A stretch of DNA of 63,155 nt, counting the filler, from Reclinomonas americana ATCC 50394 (Eukaryota), in assembly GCA_048213135.1 (NCBI GenBank). It is 19 parts of 19 records of this genome, joined end to end, with 100 filler letters (N's around TTAATTAATTAA, not from the genome) between each part and the next. Parts side by side here need not be neighbours in the genome. Positions count along the whole stretch, not along the records: positions 48,559 to 56,240 come from AFZH01021487.1; positions 56,341 to 59,838 come from AFZH01021488.1; positions 59,939 to 63,155 come from AFZH01021490.1; 16 more parts are not named here. One strand, 5' to 3'. A model generated the notes under the pieces. That model saw nothing but the letters and a program-made list of their open reading frames with translations. It was not told where the DNA came from and searched no databases. Position numbers and translations under genes: made by a program. Shown here in pieces: positions 55,201 to 63,155 of the stretch; the stretch's first letter is position 1, and each line of letters opens with the position of its first letter.

Positions 55201-55832
55201 CAGATTAGTGTCACAATGGACGAGAGGAGGAAGATGAAAGGATTGAAAGACAACACAAACAAGTCAAGTACAAGAAATGAACACAGTTTACGAATGAGAA
55301 TGAGAACGAGGGCAGTGTGGCACAGAGTACGGGAGACGAATGGCCACAGCACAGACAAGAGAGTGCAGGAGAGGAGGGATCATGAGAGGAGGCGGGAAGA
55401 CGAACGGCAATGCGAAAGAGAATGCAACAGATAAAACGACACAGAGAAAGGGGAACGAATGACATAGTAGAGTAGGACTGATTCTGTGACGGCGACTGGA
55501 GAGACCGTGAGAGAGCACGAGAGAGAGACAAAGAAGATGATGAAAAGACGCGACAGAGAGCACGCGTCTCCTCCCTCGACCACCGCACCTCCTCCAACGA
55601 GACCATCTCCACAAAGTCGACGAGCATCGCCATGTGCTCGCCATCGGGTCGCGTAAACGTTGCCGACACCGAGGCTCCACTGAGCAGGGCCAGCGGAATG
55701 CGATCCAACGTGTACCTCCCCAGTGCAGCCGCCCGCAGGAACGGGCGCACTGCTGAGGCGCCCGCCAAGATCAGCCCGTCGCGAGGATCAATGAGGATGC
55801 CTGAGGCGCTGAAGGAGGCCGATGATTGGGCT
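52233..55832 (-). CDS. TYSND1: Peroxisomal leader-peptide-processing serine protease (Tysnd1/Deg15 family); 5' end in a gap
   Basis: Degenerate N-terminal trypsin-like domain: 'SASGILIDP', 'IGSP...NSVSQGVVSN..LLLIDIRAMPGMEGAP'. Active domain: 'WASGVVISADGYLLTNRHV', 'DVALLK', 'HSGCSGG'. The last exon, 52233-52298, reads LPPTLATAVKEGFTAWPMAKL*, giving a PTS1 (AKL). Confidence 0.88.
52611..52932. repeat. Tandem repeat of about 115-135 nt (3 copies) in the last TYSND1 intron
   Basis: Core 'gcagacgtggaagca.gatgatcgccaaggagaagtaaaacagaacgcgctcgcactcccaggaagagagaa' occurs three times. Confidence 0.9.
55126..55352. repeat. Direct duplication (two copies, about 155 nt apart), intronic
   Basis: 'acagtttacgaatgagaatg...gaacgagggxagxgtggcacagag...gacgaatggcca.agcacaga' occurs twice. 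Confidence 0.75.
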
Positions 55833-56118
55833 CTGCGTGTGAACGGGGGAGTGAGAGGGAGGACTGGAAAGAGGAATGAAGGAGAGCGCGTAACTGTGGC
55901 AAGTGAACAGTGTGCTGCACGGCGCTCTTGTCCACCTGCATGACGGGGGTGAGGGAGAGAGGGAGGGAGGGAGGGGGAGAGAGTGAGAGAGACAGGGAAA
56001 GAGGGTGAAAGAGTGAGAGAGATGAGAGTTGAGACTGACGAGATGAGAAGGGACTGCGGGAGGGAGGGAGTATGAGCGAGTGAGTGGAGAGATACAGCGA
56101 GAGAGAGAGAGGGAGGGA

Positions 56119-56240
<122 letters not shown>

Positions 56241-56445
56241 NNNNNNNNNNNNNNNNNNNNNNNNNNNNNNNNNNNNNNNNNNNNTTAATTAATTAANNNN
56301 NNNNNNNNNNNNNNNNNNNNNNNNNNNNNNNNNNNNNNNNTCCTCTCTCTCTCTCTCTCCCTCCTCCCTCCTCTCTCTCTCTCTCTCTCTCTCTCCCTCT
56401 CTCCCCCTCTCTCACCTCATCTCATCTCCTCATTCTCCCCCACAG

Positions 56446-57662
56446 GCCGGCGCCAATGTGGCGACCACCGACTCGTACCAAGTTGCGCAGTTGTTGCGCT
56501 CGTCAACAAGCTTTTCTCCGCTCATCGCTGTCATCAGGTCAGCGAGGAGACTTTTGTGCAGCGACAGGGCGACGGCGACCGTGCACGTGCACGTAAGGAG
56601 GCTATCGCTGCTGCGAAACGCAGTGTGGAGCTGGCTGTGGCGGCACGTGAGACCTGTCGTGCAACGTGTCACCAGCAAATGTGGGGTGCATGCATCTCCC
56701 TCTCTCCCTCTCTCCCGCTCTCGCTGCGTGTCACCACCCTTCTGAAATCGTCGTGCGTAGTGGCTGGGTCGGTCAGCTCGTATGGTGGATGTGACGGCAA
56801 AGGCGGCGAGTTTGTGGGCAACTACGGCAGTGACGTGACGATGGAAACCCTGATTGAGTTCCATCGTGCGCGAGTGCGACCGCTGATGGAGGCCGGTGCC
56901 GACTACATTGCCTTTGAGTCGTTGCGTTGCGACGTGGCGGCGGCTTGTCGACGCTGGCGTGTCCTCATTCCCAACCTATTCGCAGAGGTGTGCTTTGGTG
57001 CCGAAAAAAAAAGGTTGATTCATGAGTGTTGCTGATTGTGTCTGCTTGGCGGCAAAGTGCCGAGTGGATTGGAGGCGAAAGCGTTGCGGGTTGCGTGCCA
57101 TGCGTCCGCTGCGAATAACGACATTTGTGCTGACATCGTGCGCAGCGCTTGATCGAGACCGACGGTGTGGTGTGCACGGTGGCCTTCACTTGTAGCGACG
57201 AGGCACACTTGTGCGACGGTACTCCATTCGTCGAGGCCGTGCGGGAGATGCGCGAATGCTCGCCGGAGCGGCTCCTGGCCTTTGGCATCAACTGGTACGT
57301 GGGAACGCACGCACGCACGCTGCGTGTAGAAGACCAAGTATGACTGACTTGTCGACAGCACAAATCCCAGTTTTCTCCCGGCCCTCTTGCGCTGTGCGGC
57401 CGCCGAACTTGTCGATTCGCCGCACACGCTCCTCGTGTATCCCAACACGGGCGAAACGTGGCTCGGCGTCGCGCAGCAGTGGGGCAGCGGTGGCGACAGT
57501 GGGTGTGCGTGGGCGACTTCCGACTTGAACGCCGCGATTGCACAGTCGGTGCGCGAATGGTTCGAGGCCTCTGGCGGTCGCTGTCGCGTGTTTGGGACGT
57601 GTTGTCGCACTGGGCCACGGCACACGGCCGCCGTGCGAGCGGCTGTGGATGCACTACTGTGA
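56446..57662 (+). CDS. Homocysteine S-methyltransferase (MmuM/HMT family); 5' end in a gap
   Basis: 'AGANVATTDSYQ', 'VAGSVSSYG..GEFVGNYG', 'FHRARVRPLMEAGADYIAFESVPSGLEA', 'GINC', 'LVYPNTGETW' and Zn-binding 'GTCCRTGP'. Confidence 0.92.
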
Positions 57663-57687
57663 TTCTGATGTACGTCGAGTTCTTCAC

Positions 57688-58554
57688 TTAATGCCTGACG
57701 ATGAGACACCGGCCGTCGATCGTGGTCCCACCATTGATGAGTGCAACGATCGTGCAGATGAAACAGAAAGTCGAGAAGAGGAAGAAGAAGCAGAAGAAGA
57801 TGCGAGGCATGAGAAGGTTCTTCTTGATCCACGACGGAGTGTAGAGGTTGACGTCGAATTGCAGCCTGTGGTCCAGTTGCATGGTGGCCAGCAGCGCACT
57901 GAAGTGCTCCTTCCCGTGCGCGGTGGCCGCCAGCACATCTTCGCGCCGGTGCTCCCAGTCCACGGTGACCACGGTGTTGTTGAAGTTGCCGAACAGAGTG
58001 TGAGCAAAGTACTCGGGCACCTTGATGGACAGGCGCACGTCTTGCAGTGGGTGCGGCGACAAGGTGATAAACAGGGCAAAGTAGAACGAGTAGGCCGTCA
58101 TGCAGCCAAAGAGAATCGCGGCGATGTTGCACGGCAAGTCAATGGACGACAAGCCGGTCAGTTGCAGCACCGAGGCAAATGTGCCGAGAATCGACACGAC
58201 GAAGGCACCGTAGGTCACCACTGCCTCCAAGAAGCGGAGACAGCCGTTGCAGGAGGTGGGAAAGGGCGCGGTTCTGAAGCGCGGCATGGCCGGCCAGCCG
58301 AACCGCCGCCTCTCGTCATCGGAGAAGCGCGATTCAATCGAGCGCAGCAGCTTCACGGCGTACTCGTGGCGGAAGCGCATTTCCCACCACTTGTAGTGCA
58401 CCACCACGCTGGTGTCACGCACTGTGAGCTTGGAGGCCTCGCGTGTGTGGACGCCTGCTTGCACGTGTGGTGCTGCTGGTGGTGGGCGCACAGCAACGGT
58501 GGCCGGTGGCGGCTTGTTGCTTGTTGGTGGCAGCAGGTGCTTGGTCTCTGACAT
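57688..58554 (-). CDS. Membrane protein of unknown family (about 3-4 hydrophobic segments); may have upstream exons
   Basis: Intact 288-aa ORF with coding-like GC3 bias. Hydrophobic stretches 'AVVTYGAFVVSILGTFASVLQL', 'IAAILFGCMTAYSFYFALFITL' and 'IFFCFFFLFSTFCFICTIVALING'. Confidence 0.75.
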   Translation of the reverse strand: MSETKHLLPPTSNKPPPATVAVRPPPAAPHVQAGVHTREASKLTVRDTSVVVHYKWWEMRFRHEYAVKLLRSIESRFSDDERRRFGWPAMPRFRTAPFPTSCNGCLRFLEAVVTYGAFVVSILGTFASVLQLTGLSSIDLPCNIAAILFGCMTAYSFYFALFITLSPHPLQDVRLSIKVPEYFAHTLFGNFNNTVVTVDWEHRREDVLAATAHGKEHFSALLATMQLDHRLQFDVNLYTPSWIKKNLLMPRIFFCFFFLFSTFCFICTIVALINGGTTIDGRCLIVRH

Positions 58555-59477
58555 ACGGGCGGGTGGGGAGCTGCATGGATTGCACGGTTATATGATGGAA
58601 AGTTGTGTGAGAGGGAGAGGTGGTCGCATGCGCTAACCTGTGCTCGCAGCGGGTGGAAAGGGGGACGGAGGAGCAGGAGACAATAAGATCCGGACGATAG
58701 CAGGAAAACACGGCGCCGCTGCGTGATCGCAGACTCTTGTCCAGACCCAAAAAAGGCAGAGCCTGAGAGTGTACGCTGCAAGAGCTGCACACAAGATCTC
58801 CACGCTGTTTGTGTTGCCTTTCCGTGCGTACTTCGCGATCGCTATCGGAAACGGCCGTCGCCTCCGATATCGCTGCGCATGCTGCCATGGTGCTGCCCTG
58901 CAGCTGCTCATGTGCACTGCTGTACTCTGTGAAGTTGTCCATCATCATCCGCATCAGCAAGGAGAGGGAGAGCAAAAGACAGATCAAAAACAAAGAAAGA
59001 GACATGCATTGCAATTGCAGTCATGGAGAACAATCGCAGTTGACGATCGCGATGCACCCAAGCTTGCCCACTTCTCTGACATCCCTTCGTTCCCTTCGTC
59101 CCCACCACACTCCTCCTCCTCCCTTCACACAACGACTTGTCACCTTTCCGTCTTGCTGTTCGGATCCGGATCTCTCTCTCTCTTTCTCTTCGCTTGTTGC
59201 ATCGATCGCACAGCGCGTGCGTGCGTGTGTGTGCGCAGCCACAACAAAGACACACACAGATGGCCTCTCGACCTCCACCACCACCACGCCCTCACTTAAC
59301 GCCAAGTAAAGCTTCAAGCATCGTTTCGCGACGTCGCGCGAGAGGGAGCCGCCAAAGCCGGCCGCCCAAGAGGACACCATGTTCGATATTTCTCTGCAGT
59401 GCAGTGTGTGGGCGCACGAGTGTAGCTTGCTGTGCCCCGCTGTGGTCCACACACACACACACACACTCACAGACACC

Positions 59478-60957
59478 ATGCAACGCACCAACTCTGGCTC
59501 ATTACCCCACCCCAACAATGCCTCGAACACGACGACCTCCTTTGCCGCCACTCGTGCTCGCCGCGCCAACACGCCCTCCTCCTCGGCAGTGAGAGGCGTC
59601 TTCAGTGAGGAGCTCACAGTGGACGTCATGCCTGCTGCCACGCAGCTGCCCAATGAGGTGAACAGTAGTGGAACGGTGACTGGAGTGAGGCCTCAAAGGG
59701 ACCCATTGTTGCGTGAGAGTGTGGGAGGGAGAGAGAGAGAGAGAGGAGGGAGAGAGAGTGTGTGTGTGTGTGAGAGAGAGAGGAGGGAGGAGGAGGGAGG
59801 AGGAGGGAGGTGGGAGAGTGTATGTGACGTGTGTCTTCNNNNNNNNNNNNNNNNNNNNNNNNNNNNNNNNNNNNNNNNNNNNTTAATTAATTAANNNNNN
59901 NNNNNNNNNNNNNNNNNNNNNNNNNNNNNNNNNNNNNNGTTCCTTCCCCCTGTTCCTTCCCCCTGTTCCTTCCCCCTTCTCCTTCCCCCTTCTCCTTCCC
60001 CCTTTCTCCTTCCCCCTTTCTCGTTCCCCCTGTTCCTTCCCCCTGTTCCATCCCCCTTCTCACCCTCCCTTGCCCCACTTCACAGTCGGCCGCCTGCTGC
60101 GGAAGCTACCTCTTCCGCATCGCCTGCTTCTTCCCCTGTCTACCATGCCTGTGCACCGACGCAGCAAGGTACGACCATCCCGTCACGCTATTGTATTATC
60201 ACCTCGCTCACCCTTCTTTCTCTCCGCAGTTTCGCCATTTCTCTTGCCCTTCCCCCACAACCCTTGTCCTTTAATCCTCACCCCTCCCACCCCTCCCAGC
60301 CATCCGCTTCAAGCAACGACAAGAGCGTCGACGACTGGAGTGGAGGGAAAAGATGCACTACCGTGGTGCCTCGTATCGCAGCATGTCGAGCACGCCGCGA
60401 TCCGAATCTCCCAACAGCTCACCAACCTCCAGTGCACACTCGGTCATGAAGCGATGTTTCGTGCCTCCCCCCGTTCTTCTTCTTCATATAATCCACCCTG
60501 CTAACCTGTCCCCTCCTGAAGCCTCGAGCAACCTAATGGGCTCCATGCGACCGCAATCAGCGTCGCCTTCGACTCACAAACCGCCATCGCCACCACGCCG
60601 GTCCGGATCGCCCGCGGCCAGTGCTCGTGATCGCCCTCCATCGCCACCGATTCAGCTGATGACTCCGCCCACCCCACCGACCCCGGTGATGGTCTCCACC
60701 GCCGTGACACCGACCACCAACAATCACGGCTGGTTGATCGAAGGCCGTCCGGCTTATGCGTCAATATACGGGCCCGCCAGTCGGCGCTCTTCGGTGTCGT
60801 CCATCAGCAGCGAGGCTCCGCCCACGGTACGCAGGAGGCGATGATTGTGTTTCTTTTCGCGCTGCGCACTCACTTTCTCTTTCTGTTCCGTGCGGCAGCC
60901 GGTATTATTGCGTGGCAATTTTGCGACTCCGGTCGACAGGTGACCTCCCGCCGGTAA
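59478..60957 (+). CDS. Ser/Pro/Thr-rich, probably disordered protein (multi-exon, spans a gap)
   Basis: Exons 'MQRTNSGSLPHP...QLPNE', 'SMSSTPRSESPNSSPTSS', 'MRPQSASPSTHKPPSPPRR...EAPPT' and a last exon VTSRR* at 60940-60957, all with GT-AG boundaries. Confidence 0.55.
59939..60060 (+). repeat. 13-nt minisatellite CCCCTGTTCCTTC, intronic
   Basis: Read directly from the sequence. Confidence 0.85.
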
Positions 60958-61051
60958 TTGAGGGGAGGGAAAAGAAGAATAGGAGACACGGCGTGCTCTG
61001 AACAATTTTGGTGCATTACACAATTAATGAAACAACAACAACAACAACTCG

Positions 61052-62268
61052 CTACCGATGCTGCGCCGCCTTGTCCTCGGCTAATATGTGACCCATGGCG
61101 AGTCCAAGGGCACCCAGCACTGCCATGGGGGCATCCACTTCGCGATCCAATTCCGCCTTTTCGGCGCTCACCATCCACCGGCGATAACTGTGTGCGGGTA
61201 AAGAGTGAGAGATGTGGTTGCAGGGAGAGCAGCACTGACGCGTGAAACCTGTCGCTGGTCATGAGGCGCACCACGGCGCGACTGGCTCTGTGCAGAGAGA
61301 AGGCGTCAGCACACAGGGCGGTCAGTGACAGCGCCACTCTCCAACCGCAACTCGGCAAATGTGTCCGGCCCCACATGCCCAGACTCGACTGCGTCCAGCA
61401 CGTTCTGCCGGATCTGCCCGGGAATGTCTGTGCACAACAAATGGTCAGCAGGGCGGGAGCTTCCACGAAAAGGTGGTGGAGAGAAAGCGCACTGATTTCA
61501 AGCGGTGAATCGTGGTTAAAGTACTGCACGCCAGCCGATGTGAGAATCAGGAAACCGGCGACGAGAGTGCATAGCAAACCTTGTCACACATGACGCGCGC
61601 CTCCTGGAGCTGCTGCTCAGGCGGTAACGCTGATCGACACAACGAGAAACTGAGTCGCCTGCTCGTCGACAGCATATCAACTGCTACAGACCTTCATATT
61701 TGCGCTCGTCCTGCACAAAGTACAGGTTCTCCACGGAGAACTCGCGCTGCAGGAAGCGCTCAAAGTACTTCAGTGCCACCGGCGACTCGAGAATCGTGTC
61801 CATGGTGTTGAGCAGCTTGTCATTCAGCGAACTGCGTGACTAGAGTATGAGCCTGGAAAAGAGAACATACATAAAAACGATTGAGGGGCCGCAACTGGCG
61901 GCTGTGCTCGGCAATGAGGGCCGTCCACGTATGCTGGTCGCGTGCCAGAGCCAGGTATAATGGCCACCTGGAGGGAGAGAGAGAAGATGAGGATGAAAGG
62001 GTTGTTGTGCAAGAGACTGAAAATCATACTCACACGCCGCAAATGAGCAGGCAGAAAAAGTTGGTCAGCAGCGTGCCAATGTACATGGCAAGTGTGATGT
62101 ACTTTCTGCTTGGCACACACAAAGTCAAACACGGGTGGCCATGGCGGCGAAGGCGAGGGAAGGGATGACGCAACAGAAACTGCGCACAGAACAATGATAC
62201 AACGAGTCAGCAACAGTTGATGGAAGTACTCGCCTCTGTCAGCCACCATACTCGCTTGCAGTATGCAA
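61052..62268 (-). CDS. Transmembrane RGS-domain protein (7TM-RGS-like), C-terminal part
   Basis: Hand splicing gives a TM segment 'KYITLAMYIGTLLTNFFCLLICGVWPLYLAL', then an RGS box 'MDTILESPVALKYFERFLQREFSVENLYFVQDERKYEALPPEQQLQEARVMCDKYFNHDSPLEINIPGQIRQNVLDAVESGHVGPDTFAEASRAVVRLMTSDSYRRWMVS'. Stop codon at 61052-61054. Confidence 0.88.
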
Positions 62269-62639
62269 CTATTGTTTTGTGCGAGACGACTTCACTTCGC
62301 GCTCTCATCGTTATCATTTTTGCTCGTATCTCGTCTCTCTCTTGCGTTCTCTCCCTCGTTGGCAGTTTCACTCGCCTGCATCATGTCTGCCATTGTACAT
62401 GCGCCATTGTACATGCACTCTCGCAACCAAAAACACACTTCCTACTCGCTCCCTTCTCCCTCCCTCTCCTCTTTCTCTTTCAATAACTCGGCTGGTAATG
62501 CTCCTCAACTCCGAAAAGCCAGCAAAAATGACTCTTCTCCTCTCGGAACTCCTCTATTGCTCTCTCTAAACGCTCTCTATCCCTAATGCGATAGCACGTT
62601 GTGTTGCTCCTGAACTCCTAAATGGTTCTCAAGCAGGAC

Positions 62640-63075
62640 TCCTCTCTCGCTTGATATCCCTCAGCTCTCTGCTCTTTCTCCACAATCACTCTGTTTCTCG
62701 TTCTCTCTTTCTCTATCTAGATCTCTCCTGCCGTTCGGTTGCCTGTGCTCCCAAACTCCTCAGCTTCTCAAACAAAAGAACACCTTTCCGTCTCTCAATA
62801 TCCCTCAGCTCTCTCCTCTTTCTCCATAATCACTCTGTTTCTGTCCTTTTCCGCTCGTTACTCTCTATCTCTCCTCCCGTTCGGTTGCTACCGCTCGAAT
62901 TCTTCAGAGCGTCTCAAACAAAAGAACTCAGCTCTCTCTCTCTCTCTCTCAAAATCCCTTCGCTCGCTCCTCTTTCTCAACAATCACTCTGTTTCTGTCC
63001 ATTTCCGCTCGTTACTCTCTATCTCTCCTGCCGTTTGGTTGCTACCGCTCGATTTCTTCATTGCTCCTCAAACCT
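62640..63075. repeat. Degenerate tandem repeat of about 145-150 nt (3 copies)
   Basis: 'aatcactctgtttct...ctctatctctcct.ccgtt.ggttgc...ctcaaac' near 62683, 62828 and 62981. Confidence 0.85.
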
Positions 63076-63155
63076 CTAGCCGCCATCGACGCGCGCGCAG
63101 ACTTGACCGCGTTGGTGCGTCAGGTTTCTCATTTTTCTGTCGGTCTGTCTCTCTT

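Overview
Intron-rich eukaryotic (protist-like) genomic scaffold. Introns are mostly 55-85 nt, microsatellites are abundant, and 18 artificial 100-nt gap spacers (N44-TTAATTAATTAA-N44) interrupt the sequence. The ORF track is mostly exon fragments, so I rebuilt genes by hand-splicing. In order: (1) a >21 kb minus-strand giant repetitive protein made of Cys-containing Ig-like domains and FN3-like domains, each FN3-like domain carrying an inserted six-bladed NHL propeller; (2) a coiled-coil/low-complexity gene; (3) a polyQ gene; (4) a spliced gene built from >=12 phage/bacterial tail-fibre-like repeats; (5) a paracaspase/bacterial-type C14 peptidase fragment; (6) an orphan signal-peptide exon; (7) the C-terminal half of DNA-PKcs; (8) peroxisomal Tysnd1/Deg15 protease ending in AKL; (9) homocysteine S-methyltransferase; (10) a membrane protein; (11) a Ser/Pro-rich gene; (12) a TM-RGS protein that the ORF track misses. 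Main findings: a very common register-shifted 5' splice-site class GTTGCGT (about 29 candidate introns, no G at +5), a probable 2-nt and a possible 5-nt micro-exon, the intron-containing tail-fibre-like gene, and the propeller-in-FN3 array with hypervariable loops.
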